From assembly GCA_903860135.1 (NCBI GenBank), contig CAIOPG010000017.1:203364-267363 (forward strand): a stretch of 64,000 nucleotides of DNA, given 5' to 3'. Positions 1 to 10,004 of the stretch are shown here, in pieces; the first letter of the stretch is position 1, and every line of letters starts with the position of its first letter. A model generated the notes under the pieces. That model ran no database searches. It worked only from the letters and a program-made list of their open reading frames with translations, and was not told the DNA's origin. A program made the position numbers and the translations under genes. Source of the DNA: Candidatus Omnitrophota bacterium. Lineage in GTDB: Bacteria; Omnitrophota; Gorgyraeia; Zapsychrales; Fredricksoniimonadaceae.

Positions 1-29
1 TTCTCATACATCAACAAAGGAGCTTCTCC

Positions 30-377
30 ATGAATAAATTAACCTTAAGTTTCTGCCTGATAGCTGCTGCCGCCGTTATTTATTCCATCGCTACAACCGC
101 TCAACTTTCAGCGCAGTCATCACACTTCTCGAGCGTCATCCCCTTTTTCACATCCATTGGCCGAATGGCTTTCTTTGATCAGGGCAGTGGAAAACTTTAC
201 ATCTATGATGAAGACGGCAAAGAATGCCTTTATAAAGGGCAATTGTCTGAATTAGGCAAACCGCTGACAGCCATCACCAGCGAATCCACACCGCCACGAT
301 CAGTACAAACACCGCAATCAAACAAAAAGATCACGATCAACGAACGCGGCGAAAAGACAATCACACTTGACCCATAA
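30..377 (+). CDS. hypothetical small secreted protein (N-terminal signal peptide MNKLTLSFCLIAAAAVIYS)
   Basis: ORF with hydrophobic N-terminal signal-like segment; no recognisable domain. Confidence 0.35.
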   Translation: MNKLTLSFCLIAAAAVIYSIATTAQLSAQSSHFSSVIPFFTSIGRMAFFDQGSGKLYIYDEDGKECLYKGQLSELGKPLTAITSESTPPRSVQTPQSNKKITINERGEKTITLDP

Positions 378-390
378 GATCAAGGACTGA

Positions 391-975
391 TCAGCCCTTA
401 CGTAAAACAAAGATACCCGAATCAGCAAAAAGCCCGGTCATAAAAGCTACCCTGCATCCTTCACGCAGGTACCAGGCTTTTTCAATGCGCACATTTTTCT
501 CGACACAAAAATCCCTGAAATCTTTCAGGCTCAAGAACCGCACGTTGGGGGTGTTATACCACTTGTAAGGGAGGCTTTTGGTCACCGGCACCTGCCCCAT
601 GAAAAATATCTGCAGGCGCGCCCGAAGATTGCAAAAGTTCGGGATGCCGACGATAACCTTTTTCCCCACACGCAGGGAATCCGCCAATACTTTCTCGATA
701 TTCAAGACCTGCTGTAAACTTTCGTTCAAGATCACATAATCAAACCGCTTGTCCTCGTACACATCAAGGTCGGAATCAATATTCCCCTGGGCAACGGAAA
801 CACCGCGTTCCATGCACCGGATGATCTGCCGGGGCGATATTTCAATGCCCGTGGCCCGGCAGTTCTTTTTTTCTTTCAGCATGGACAAAAGTTCGCCATC
901 CCCGCAACCGAGGTCCAGCACCCTGGATCCTGGTTCAATGATATCGGCGATGATCTCATAATCCAGACGGATCAT
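391..975 (-). CDS. metW: methionine biosynthesis protein MetW
   Basis: ~194 aa SAM-MTase-like fold (VLDLGCGDGELL); sits immediately downstream of and overlapping metX as in metXW operons. Confidence 0.7.
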   Translation of the reverse strand: MIRLDYEIIADIIEPGSRVLDLGCGDGELLSMLKEKKNCRATGIEISPRQIIRCMERGVSVAQGNIDSDLDVYEDKRFDYVILNESLQQVLNIEKVLADSLRVGKKVIVGIPNFCNLRARLQIFFMGQVPVTKSLPYKWYNTPNVRFLSLKDFRDFCVEKNVRIEKAWYLREGCRVAFMTGLFADSGIFVLRKG

Positions 976-2180
976 ATAAGCCCTGCCCTTTCCCGCCCGA
1001 CCTTGGACAGATAATGCGCCACGGCGCGTGCCTGATCATCCAGTTCAACAAGGAATGCGTCATGCCCGTAATCCGAATGGATCTCCACATAAGAAACATC
1101 CGCATCCTCCGCCTGCAACGCACGCACCATTTCCCTGGACTGTGACGACGGATAAAGCCAGTCCGAGGTGAAGCTGATAACTAGGAAATCCGCCGTCACC
1201 CCTTTAAAGACCTCGCTGATCTTGCGGCCTTCGGCCAGATCGAAATAATCCATGGCCTTGGTCAAATAAATATAACTGTTGGCGTCAAAACGCTCGACGA
1301 AACTTTGCCCGCGGTATTCCAGGTAACTCTGCACCTCAAAGTCCTTGGAAAGGTCATACCCCAGTTTTTGCTTGTCCAAAAGTTTACGGCCGAATTTGCT
1401 CTCCATGGAAACCCAGCTCATATACGTGATGTGCCCGATCATCCGCGCCACCGATAACCCGCGCGCCGGGACTGCCTGTCCGTAATAATCGCCGTTGTTC
1501 CAGGCCGGATCCGCCATGACCGCCTGGCGCCCGACCTCATGGAACGCGATCTGCTGGGCCGTATGCCGGTGGCATGCGGCGATAATGATAACAGAATGCG
1601 CACATTGCGGATATTTCACCGCCCAGGTTATCGCCTGCATGCCGCCCATAGAGCCGCCCGCGCAACACAATAACTTACTGATGCCCAAATGATCCACGAG
1701 GGCCTTCTGCACATCCACCATGTCCTCAATGGTAATGACCGGGAATGCCAGCCCAAAGGGTTTTTCCGTCAGGGGATCAATGGAATCAGGGCCGGTCGTG
1801 CCTTTGCAGCTGCCCAGCACATTGGAACAGATCAGAAAATATTTATCCGTATCAAACGCTTTGCCGGGGCCGATCATGCCATCCCACCAACCCGGTTTCG
1901 TGTCACCGGCATGATAGAAGGCGGCATGCGCGTCGCCGGTAAAGGCATGCAGGATCAGGATCGCATTGGAACGGGCGGCATTGAGCGTCCCATAGGTTTC
2001 GTAGGCAACTGTCACCGGCCCAAGCTTTTCGCCACTCTTGATGCTGATCTGTCCCAAAGAAAAGTATTGTGTTGCAACGATCGTCGTATTATTCACAGGC
2101 TGTTTTCCTCGCCGGCCCCTGCTCGGCATAACGGAACATGGCCTCCAGGCACCCCAAGGCACGGGCGCGCACCTGCGCAT
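972..2180 (-). CDS. metX: homoserine O-acetyltransferase MetX (alpha/beta hydrolase); true start probably internal GTG near 2096 preceded by GAGGAAAA
   Basis: GGSMGGMQA nucleophile elbow, HAFTGD motif, length and metW partner; longest ORF overlaps nadA end by ~90 nt, internal start with SD removes most overlap. Confidence 0.85.
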   Translation of the reverse strand: MRRCAPVPWGAWRPCSVMPSRGRRGKQPVNNTTIVATQYFSLGQISIKSGEKLGPVTVAYETYGTLNAARSNAILILHAFTGDAHAAFYHAGDTKPGWWDGMIGPGKAFDTDKYFLICSNVLGSCKGTTGPDSIDPLTEKPFGLAFPVITIEDMVDVQKALVDHLGISKLLCCAGGSMGGMQAITWAVKYPQCAHSVIIIAACHRHTAQQIAFHEVGRQAVMADPAWNNGDYYGQAVPARGLSVARMIGHITYMSWVSMESKFGRKLLDKQKLGYDLSKDFEVQSYLEYRGQSFVERFDANSYIYLTKAMDYFDLAEGRKISEVFKGVTADFLVISFTSDWLYPSSQSREMVRALQAEDADVSYVEIHSDYGHDAFLVELDDQARAVAHYLSKVGRERAGLI

Positions 2181-3180
2181 CGACCTGGATAATGTCCGAC
2201 GGCTTAGGTGCCTTGAGCGTACTTAAAATGCTTTCGAGCGTATTCGATTTCATATATTTGCACAGGGTACAACTGCCCACAAGTTCCTTGTCCGGGAACT
2301 CCGACTGCAGCCGCGCCGAAAGGCCGCACTCGGTCAGCATCAAAAATTGCTTCGCGCGCGTCTGGCGCATATAATCCAGCATTTGCTCCGTACCACCCAC
2401 AAAATCCGAGTTCCCGACAACAACCGCATTGCATTCCGGGTGGCTGACGATCTTCACCCCCGGATACTGCGTGCGGATCTTCATGATCTGCTCGCCGGTG
2501 TATTCTTCATGGACATAGCACACACCTGAAAAATAACGGATATCTTTGGCCACCTTCCGGCGCGCCATTTCATTCTTCAGGTTGATGCCCATATATTTAT
2601 CCGGCAGGAAATAGATTTTGTCCGACGGGATACTCTCAACAACCTGATAGACGTTGGCCGACGTTACGCACACATCACATTCCGCCTTGACCTCGGCGGT
2701 AGTATTAACATAACAAACAAAGGTGTACCCCGGAAATTCCTGGCGCAAACGCCGGACATCGGCCGCCGTGATCGAATCCGCCAGCGTGCACCCCGGTTCG
2801 CGGGCCGGCATCAAAACGGTTTTGTCGGGATTAACGATCTTGGCCGTTTCCCCCATGAAACGGACGGCCACAAACACGATCGTTGCGGCCTTGGTCATCA
2901 TGGCATCGCGGCTCAGCTTGTAGGAATCCCCGACGAAGTCCGCCACTCCGTAAATGATCTCGGGGCTGGCATAGGAATGGACCAGGATGACCGCATTCCT
3001 GGCCACTTTCAGGGCATTGATCTCCTGGATCAACGGCACAAGTTCTTCGCATTTTTTCAGCGAATACTGGCACACCAGCGCGCCCGCGCGGACATTCTTG
3101 AGTTTCTGGTAAAGTTCCCCGGCCGTAACCGGCACAGCGGCTGACATATAGGTATCTTTCTGTTGGGAAAATTGTTTCAA
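2089..3180 (-). CDS. nadA: quinolinate synthase NadA
   Basis: NAVILVHSY, conserved Cys residues, ~360 aa, typical NadA architecture. Confidence 0.8.
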   Translation of the reverse strand: MKQFSQQKDTYMSAAVPVTAGELYQKLKNVRAGALVCQYSLKKCEELVPLIQEINALKVARNAVILVHSYASPEIIYGVADFVGDSYKLSRDAMMTKAATIVFVAVRFMGETAKIVNPDKTVLMPAREPGCTLADSITAADVRRLRQEFPGYTFVCYVNTTAEVKAECDVCVTSANVYQVVESIPSDKIYFLPDKYMGINLKNEMARRKVAKDIRYFSGVCYVHEEYTGEQIMKIRTQYPGVKIVSHPECNAVVVGNSDFVGGTEQMLDYMRQTRAKQFLMLTECGLSARLQSEFPDKELVGSCTLCKYMKSNTLESILSTLKAPKPSDIIQVDAQVRARALGCLEAMFRYAEQGPARKTACE

Positions 3181-3249
3181 AATACTATATATGAGTTTGC
3201 CGGATTATTCAAGGATATCAGGGGGAAAAATAGGGCGCGCGGGACCTCT

Positions 3250-4575
3250 TCACACGATGGATCTTTCATTCTCAATGACGTTGTAGATATCAGTCCGACG
3301 CCCACGATCCCAATCAAGATAAACCTGCCTGGACAGCTCCTTGTTCAACGGCAAAGAAGCCACTTTATTCGCCTGAAATACCTTCAAGACAGCAGGGGCG
3401 TACTTTTCACACAGCCAGCACTCTCCGGGATCTTTGAAGCAAGCCCTCATCCTGTCATATATGGCCGAAAAGTCTTCCTCGCATATATTTCCAAAGGAAA
3501 TGTTAAGGAACTCACAGGGCTGAACATCTCCTTTGGCATTGAGATAAAACCTGTCCGTGCCGCCGGCGGTACAGCCAAACACAAGAGGGTCCTCCTCGAT
3601 GATCTGGGCCGATATGGACGGGTACTCCCTGTACCGCGCCTCATTATTATACGCATGCACCAGTTCTTTAACCTTGTCCAGATCCGCTGCCGTGAAATTT
3701 TCGATCCCCGATTCCAGCCAGGCGCCAGAAGGCTTCGGCTTGATGACCTGCACCAGGCAAGCGCCAAAGTCCCTGGCTTTGGCCATCACCTGCGCGAAGG
3801 CACCATTATAAAAATCTTCCCGCCGGAGGCAGGCATTAAAGGCGACCGGCACATCCGCCGCGTGGCAGCAACGGATACCCTCCTGCAAAATAGCCCAGGC
3901 ATTTTCAGACCCCATGAAGGCATTCACATATTCAGGAACAGCACTATGCAAAGAGAACATGACCCCCGTCAACCCTAAACCTTTAAGCTCCCGCAACCGC
4001 TCCACACTCACCCCGTCACCTGTTGAATTGATCCATATCTCGGCGCCGCCATTGATAGACCCGCACAACCTCTTCAACCGGTCGTAGACCAAAAAAGGAT
4101 CCCCGCCTTCAATGTTAAAGAACGCCACGCCCTTCGCCTGCATGCGCTCAACAGCCTTAACCATAAGATCAATGGACACATCTTTGCCCGTGTCTTTTCT
4201 CTGATAACAATGCGCGCAGTGGTGCCGGCACGCCGATGTCACCGAGATCAGGGCCGTTGTGCACGGCAATTTGGCATCAAACACCATGAACTTGCGGCAA
4301 GCCGTGAAGAATGCCTTCGAAGGAAATCCGGGGATATATAATCCCACCCGGACATAGCGCCCGATGGCGACAAATTTGTTATGATAGATCTTGGACAAAA
4401 AATACAATAGCCGCTTCAGGAACATCCTATATCTGCCCACCGATAGCCTGCCCTTTAAAAGCTCCGGTAAGTAATAAAAGAAAATACACACCTTCAACTT
4501 AATGGAGAACAAAACCTTGTTGAATCCTGTGACATTCTTCACGCTGATCATAAGCCCCCTGCCTGCCGGTACCAT
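3250..4575 (-). CDS. radical SAM protein with C-terminal SPASM/twitch-like Cys cluster
   Basis: CRHHCAHCY (CxxxCxxC) radical SAM motif; C-terminal CTAGGTDRF...CEFL..C cluster; last gene of overlapped operon. Confidence 0.7.
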   Translation of the reverse strand: MVPAGRGLMISVKNVTGFNKVLFSIKLKVCIFFYYLPELLKGRLSVGRYRMFLKRLLYFLSKIYHNKFVAIGRYVRVGLYIPGFPSKAFFTACRKFMVFDAKLPCTTALISVTSACRHHCAHCYQRKDTGKDVSIDLMVKAVERMQAKGVAFFNIEGGDPFLVYDRLKRLCGSINGGAEIWINSTGDGVSVERLRELKGLGLTGVMFSLHSAVPEYVNAFMGSENAWAILQEGIRCCHAADVPVAFNACLRREDFYNGAFAQVMAKARDFGACLVQVIKPKPSGAWLESGIENFTAADLDKVKELVHAYNNEARYREYPSISAQIIEEDPLVFGCTAGGTDRFYLNAKGDVQPCEFLNISFGNICEEDFSAIYDRMRACFKDPGECWLCEKYAPAVLKVFQANKVASLPLNKELSRQVYLDWDRGRRTDIYNVIENERSIV

Positions 4576-5582
4576 TTGACCGTATTCCTTATCCCCTCAT
4601 CAAGGCTATAACGGGCCCTGAAGCCAAGGACTTCTTCGGCCTTGTGCGTGGCATATTCAATATTGTCATAGAACATATTCACCCGCCCGCGCGTCAACAG
4701 GGGCGGCGCTTTCATCTTTAACAATGTATAAACCAGCTCCATCAGGAAACCCGCCGGATAAACAAGCCATTTAGGCAACAGCAGCGGCTTCTTCACACCG
4801 GCATAACGGCAAAACAGTGAGAATATATGATCCATGCCGGCACAATCCGTGTCCGCAATGATCAGGTGCTGCACCCCCCTCAACCGCCGGATGAACGCCA
4901 GATAATAGGCCTCGGCAAGATCCGGGGCATAGATCACATGGAACTTGTTCTTGCGCGACCCGGGAGCAACCGCAACCCCCTGCTCAACGGACCTGATATA
5001 TTCCAAAAATACCGTATGCCGGCCATTCTCTCCGTAAACCCATACCGGATCGAGCACGGTTAGATTGATTGCTTCACGCCGGGCAAAGTCCATGGCACGT
5101 TCAGCCGCCAGGCATTTTGTATCACGGTAATGATTCAAACAGCACGGGAATATCCTGTCGAGAAAATAGGGATAATGCGCCTGATACGGTGAAGCCTCAT
5201 CTTTGACCTTGAACGAAGGCTCTTCCCCGTACACCGCATTGGTCCCTGTCATGATCACATCCTTGATCCCGTTCGCCACACAGGCTTCAAGGACATTCAA
5301 GGCCCCCTCAACATTCGTCTGATAAAAAGACTGGTACTCTCCCCAGTCTTTAACATACCCCGCATTATGAATGACAAAATCATGCCCTTGTAACGCCTCG
5401 ATCAACGACGCCCTGTTGCCAATATCTCCATATTTATATTCAACCGCATACCCTTGAATATCGGAAAGATCACTGCCCCGACGGACAAAACAGGTCACGG
5501 CCACCCCATGCCGGGTGAACAGGCTGACGAGATGGCTGCCGATAAACCCGTTAGCACCTGTGATCAATACGTTACGCTTCAT
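4548..5582 (-). CDS. NAD-dependent epimerase/dehydratase family (extended SDR) protein
   Basis: N-terminal VLITGANGFIGSHLV Rossmann motif; YxxxK region; 344 aa. Confidence 0.75.
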   Translation of the reverse strand: MKRNVLITGANGFIGSHLVSLFTRHGVAVTCFVRRGSDLSDIQGYAVEYKYGDIGNRASLIEALQGHDFVIHNAGYVKDWGEYQSFYQTNVEGALNVLEACVANGIKDVIMTGTNAVYGEEPSFKVKDEASPYQAHYPYFLDRIFPCCLNHYRDTKCLAAERAMDFARREAINLTVLDPVWVYGENGRHTVFLEYIRSVEQGVAVAPGSRKNKFHVIYAPDLAEAYYLAFIRRLRGVQHLIIADTDCAGMDHIFSLFCRYAGVKKPLLLPKWLVYPAGFLMELVYTLLKMKAPPLLTRGRVNMFYDNIEYATHKAEEVLGFRARYSLDEGIRNTVKWYRQAGGL

Positions 5583-6855
5583 GTTGTAGCTTTCTCAGGA
5601 GGACACCCGCATTGTGCCCGCCAAACCCGTAGGATGTGGATATCGCCGTATTAACTTCCGCCTCGATCGACGTGTGGACAAGGTTCAAATTCTCACGCGG
5701 ATCAGCCACGCCATTGCCGTGCACACGCGATGCCTTGATAGCCAGGGCCGTCACGGCGATCTCCAGCGCCCCGCTGGCGCCCAGCGTATGGCCGAGGATC
5801 CCTTTGGTTGAATTCACATAAGGCTGATCTGCCCGTGGACCAAAAATAGCGGCAATGGCATCGGCCTCAATGCTGTCATTGACAGCGGTCCCGCTGCCAT
5901 GGGCGTTAAGATAATCAATCGTCTGCCCCTGTTTGAGATCCCGTAATAATCGCCGGATCTGAGCGCCCGAAGGATCCATCTGGACAATATTATGCGCATC
6001 ACTGTTGCTTTGAAAATCAGCGATCTCCGCGTAGATCGCCGCCCCCCTGTTTAAGGCATGCTGATATTCTTCGAGCACAAGAACGCACGCGGCTCCTTGA
6101 GCGAACAGAAATCCTGTGCTTGTCTTTGAAAAAGGATAAGGAACGCCGTCAGCAGACCGGGTAAGGACCCCGAGCACATCAAAGCCCCGCATGATGCCGC
6201 CCATACTATCAGCCATACATTCCACGCCGCCGGTCAATACAACATCCTGCGGGCCATTCCTGATCGCATGATACGCTTGCCCAACGGCCACGGTCCCCGA
6301 CGCGCACGCGGCATTGACCGTATAACTGGGGCCCTTTAATCCATGCGCAATAGATATCCAGCTGGCCACCGCATTGGGCATCAGCATGGGTACAACCATG
6401 CGATTATAACGGACTTGCTGAATATCCATGGCAGAGGGGATTTCACTCTTATCCTTCACGATATGCGACAAGTAAGAACAAAAACCGGTTTCAAGGCTGC
6501 TCATCCCGATACCAACGATCACCCCGGCATCCATAATGTCCGGCGCTACAAACCCGTCCTCACGGCGGACAACAGAAAAACCGGCATCCTTCAAGGCCAG
6601 GGCTGCCGCGGCCAGAACCAACTTGTCTTCATCCTGCATGATCTTATTGTAATAAGAGGGAAACCCGTAGGCATCAAGATCAACGTGAGGACAAGGGCTG
6701 TAATAACGCGACTTGAACTGATACCCGCGTTCAAAATTCCCAGGTATCTCCCTGATACAACGCCGCCCATCAAGAATACCTTCGAGGAAATCCTTTTTCC
6801 CGACGCCTGTTGATGTGACCGGCCCGAGCCCGGTGATCACAACCCGGCGCATCAT
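5572..6855 (-). CDS. beta-ketoacyl-[ACP] synthase (KAS I/II, FabF-like)
   Basis: Active-site NAACASG Cys, HGSGT and GHTLGASG His motifs; 427 aa. Confidence 0.8.
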   Translation of the reverse strand: MMRRVVITGLGPVTSTGVGKKDFLEGILDGRRCIREIPGNFERGYQFKSRYYSPCPHVDLDAYGFPSYYNKIMQDEDKLVLAAAALALKDAGFSVVRREDGFVAPDIMDAGVIVGIGMSSLETGFCSYLSHIVKDKSEIPSAMDIQQVRYNRMVVPMLMPNAVASWISIAHGLKGPSYTVNAACASGTVAVGQAYHAIRNGPQDVVLTGGVECMADSMGGIMRGFDVLGVLTRSADGVPYPFSKTSTGFLFAQGAACVLVLEEYQHALNRGAAIYAEIADFQSNSDAHNIVQMDPSGAQIRRLLRDLKQGQTIDYLNAHGSGTAVNDSIEADAIAAIFGPRADQPYVNSTKGILGHTLGASGALEIAVTALAIKASRVHGNGVADPRENLNLVHTSIEAEVNTAISTSYGFGGHNAGVLLRKLQHEA

Positions 6856-7868
6856 GGCTGCTCCTTCAAATAACGGACAAGGGCCGCCAGGTAATCCTGG
6901 CGTTGATCAAAATCCCGGGCGCGCGCCACAAGCCCCCCCAGATCAACGCGTCTTTGCCCGTCGCACAAGCGCTTTGTTGCCGCCGTGATCTTGCCGATCC
7001 TGAAGAAGGTCAACCCTTCCTGGCTTGCCCTCGACAAGAACAACCCTTCATCCGCAGGTTGTACGGTAAAAAGCAACTCATACTCTCCGGCCTCGCCCAG
7101 GAACAGCAATTCTTTGGGCAGGGATAAAGCCGCCGCCCCCAACACACCGGCGTCAATATAAGGCAAGTCTGCCACCTCATACCCTACGCCATTAATGTCA
7201 GCCAGCGTATTCAACGCATTAAAAACACCGTCGCTGGTGTCTATGCAGCACCTGGCATAAAGGCCTATGAAGGCAGCTGCCTGAACACGCAACGGGAATC
7301 GGTTGCGGATCATGCCGGCCAACAACCGTAAACGGCCATCATCCGCGTAAAGCTTGAGCACCGCCTCGACATTTCCCAGCCCGATCCTGCCAGAAATATA
7401 AATTGAGTCCCCGACCTGAGCCCCTTTCCTGCCCAAAGGATATCTTCCCGGACTGCCTATAACAGCGGCGGTATAACGCCAGTGCGCAGCTTTCCCGAAA
7501 TCACCTCCCATAAAAGCCGTGCCGGCCTGCGCGAGCACATCAGCCACTCCTTGTGAGAACTTCTGAATATAATGCTCATCCCAGGCCTTGCTCACGGCCA
7601 TGGCATGGCCATAGAGGCACGGCTTGCCCGCGCAGGCAAGGATATCGCTGATCCCCCCGACAGCAACATTCCACCCCAAAGAGTACGGATCATCTTCACG
7701 CAACATGTCTTCGGCGGAAAACTCATCCATCGTAAAAAGAAGTTGCTTGTCATCCACCAAAACAACTTCCGCGTCAGACTCAAAAGGCCGGCTCAAACGG
7801 CAACGATCAGCCGGGAACATGCTGTCGATCAGGCGAATCGTTCTGGCCTCGGCGTCAATCTTACGCAT
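6852..7868 (-). CDS. AIR synthase-related (PurM-like superfamily; ThiL/HypE-like) ATP-dependent enzyme
   Basis: PurM-like N- and C-domain pattern (DDAAVL-like DAEVVLVDD, GGDT-like GGDFG); 338 aa. Confidence 0.5.
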   Translation of the reverse strand: MRKIDAEARTIRLIDSMFPADRCRLSRPFESDAEVVLVDDKQLLFTMDEFSAEDMLREDDPYSLGWNVAVGGISDILACAGKPCLYGHAMAVSKAWDEHYIQKFSQGVADVLAQAGTAFMGGDFGKAAHWRYTAAVIGSPGRYPLGRKGAQVGDSIYISGRIGLGNVEAVLKLYADDGRLRLLAGMIRNRFPLRVQAAAFIGLYARCCIDTSDGVFNALNTLADINGVGYEVADLPYIDAGVLGAAALSLPKELLFLGEAGEYELLFTVQPADEGLFLSRASQEGLTFFRIGKITAATKRLCDGQRRVDLGGLVARARDFDQRQDYLAALVRYLKEQP

Positions 7869-8820
7869 GGATCAGCTCCAGCTTATCCTTGGCCATGGTC
7901 ACCCCGCATGGCAGAAAACCCTGGGGATCCCCGTCAAATTCCACTTCGACCGCAGGCTGATCGGCCTTGACATCAACCCTCCGGGCATACGCAAGAGAAA
8001 TTTGCCGGCTGTTGCTGATCGGTTTCCCGCTATAGACAGCCATCAGGCAATGCGGCACGTGCCTCCAGGCGACATCTTTGACAGCTAATAAATAAAACCG
8101 TCCATCCCCTTCGATCAAGGTGCCGTTGACCTTGATGCCGGAGGCGATATGCCATGTTTTTCCTATGGAAAGATTACACAATCCCGGCCATATCTCTGCC
8201 CTGCCGTCACAGGACACAGCTAATTTTAAACGACGGTATTGCCTGAACGACCTGATAATAGCCCTGAGCGTTCCTACGCTATCCCCCCATCTTTTCCTGC
8301 CCCCGGCATTAGCCTCTCGGGCCACCGAAGCCCCCAGGCCGATATTGACGCAACAGGCAAAATAACGCGTCACACGCTCCGGCACGCCCTGCCCGGGACA
8401 CCCATCAGCGCCAGCCGTGTTCAAGGTTATTTGCCCCAGCTGGATCTGCGTTGTACGCCCCGCCAGGAGCACGTCGAGCGATCGCTCTATAGCCCCATAA
8501 GGAACCGCATAGCTTTTACAGAAATCCGGGCTTGTTCCGGTATAGATAACACCCAAACTGGCCCTGGAGAGCCTGGATCCGTTCTCATCGTAAAACCCGT
8601 TGATGACCCTGTTGATCGTGCCATCCCCCCCCACCGCAACGACCACATCATAGCCCGCCCTGTTGGCTTCTTTCGACAAGGTGCACGCATCGTGCAATGA
8701 TCCCGTTATCGCGCATTCAAAGATGACTTTCCGCGCCACCAACAAAGAACGCAGGCGCGCGATCAGCGGCGCGCTCTGCCCATGCCGCGACCCTGGATTA
8801 AAAATAAAGAAATACCTCAT
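7861..8820 (-). CDS. lipid kinase, diacylglycerol-kinase catalytic domain family (YegS/BmrU/ceramide-kinase-like)
   Basis: FIFNPGSRHG start and VAVGGDGTINRVING motif typical of DAGK_cat. Confidence 0.65.
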   Translation of the reverse strand: MRYFFIFNPGSRHGQSAPLIARLRSLLVARKVIFECAITGSLHDACTLSKEANRAGYDVVVAVGGDGTINRVINGFYDENGSRLSRASLGVIYTGTSPDFCKSYAVPYGAIERSLDVLLAGRTTQIQLGQITLNTAGADGCPGQGVPERVTRYFACCVNIGLGASVAREANAGGRKRWGDSVGTLRAIIRSFRQYRRLKLAVSCDGRAEIWPGLCNLSIGKTWHIASGIKVNGTLIEGDGRFYLLAVKDVAWRHVPHCLMAVYSGKPISNSRQISLAYARRVDVKADQPAVEVEFDGDPQGFLPCGVTMAKDKLELIHA

Positions 8821-10004
8821 ACGGCCGTCATTCTCCTGCCAATGGACTGAAACACATCGAGGACCCTGCCCACCGTGCCCTCGGACAAATTGGCTCCGGC
8901 GATCAATCGTATCTTGTTCTCATGCACCGGCACCGATGGAGGAACAAACGGTGTTACCAGAATATTGGCCTCATGGATCATTTTCGCCAGGCGCGCGCAA
9001 TCATCCAGATCCCTGACCATGATCGACGTGATCGGCGCACTCCCGTCTGTCACATTAAAACCGCTGGCAACAAGGCCTTGGCTGATCATCCTTTTGTACC
9101 GCCACATCTTTTCACTCAGGGCCGGAAACTCAGCATCGATGATATCGAGGACCGCTTCCACACCGGCAAGTACTGGCGGCGGCAAAGCGGTCGAATAAAT
9201 AAAAGCGGGGCATGAATACTTCAAATACTCGATAAACGCTTTCCTGCCACCGACAAAACCGCCGGCATTGGCCAAAGCCTTGCCCAAAGAGGCCGTGTAT
9301 ATCCCCTCGAAATTAACAACATTCTTTTCTTCCAAAACCCCCCGGCCTGAACGGCCGAGCACCCCGATCCCGTGGGAATCATCAATGACCGGCACCGCGT
9401 TGAATTGCGTGCACAACCGGATGATCTCATCACAAGGGGCCAGGCTCCCTTCGGTCGAAAAAACCGACTCGGTCACCACAAAGACCCGCCTGTACATTTC
9501 CGTCTTTGAAAGGACCTTTCTCAAATGATCCATATTGTTGTGCAGGAAAGGCCTGATCTTACACCCGGCCAGGCGTACCCCCTGGATGAGCGACGCATGC
9601 GCATAATGGTCAATGATGATCAGGTCTTCGGGCCCGGCCAATGACAGGAAGATCGCGCCATTGGCCTGATAAGCTGACGGGAAAATAATACCGGCCTCCA
9701 CCCCCGCGAACGTTGCCAGCCTTTGTTCCAGCCGCGTCAGGATCGCCATGGAACCGGTGGCTATCGGCGTGCCGCACATCGACGCTCCATAGCGCCCTGC
9801 GGCCAGCGCTATCGCCCGGGCAACGCGCGGGTCAGCGGCAAGGCCAAGATAATTATTAGCGGCCAGATTGATAAAGGCCGTGCCGTCAATGATAATGGGA
9901 TCCCCCAGGCTCGACTCAATATGGGCATAATACGGATTGAAATCATATTTTTGCGTCAAGCTTTTGTCCACCACCAGCCCGGTATAAAAAGGTTCGCGCG
10001 CCAT
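8817..10004 (-). CDS. alpha-oxoamine synthase family PLP enzyme (serine palmitoyltransferase / 8-amino-7-oxononanoate synthase / Kbl-like)
   Basis: NYLGL substrate-loop motif, class-II aminotransferase fold length 395 aa, PLP-Lys region; adjacent ACP. Confidence 0.8.
   Translation of the reverse strand: MAREPFYTGLVVDKSLTQKYDFNPYYAHIESSLGDPIIIDGTAFINLAANNYLGLAADPRVARAIALAAGRYGASMCGTPIATGSMAILTRLEQRLATFAGVEAGIIFPSAYQANGAIFLSLAGPEDLIIIDHYAHASLIQGVRLAGCKIRPFLHNNMDHLRKVLSKTEMYRRVFVVTESVFSTEGSLAPCDEIIRLCTQFNAVPVIDDSHGIGVLGRSGRGVLEEKNVVNFEGIYTASLGKALANAGGFVGGRKAFIEYLKYSCPAFIYSTALPPPVLAGVEAVLDIIDAEFPALSEKMWRYKRMISQGLVASGFNVTDGSAPITSIMVRDLDDCARLAKMIHEANILVTPFVPPSVPVHENKIRLIAGANLSEGTVGRVLDVFQSIGRRMTAV

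Noticed and set aside
1689-2192. 167-aa plus-strand ORF inside metX
   Set aside because: Antisense to a conserved enzyme gene with no motif. It is a chance ORF in GC-rich DNA.
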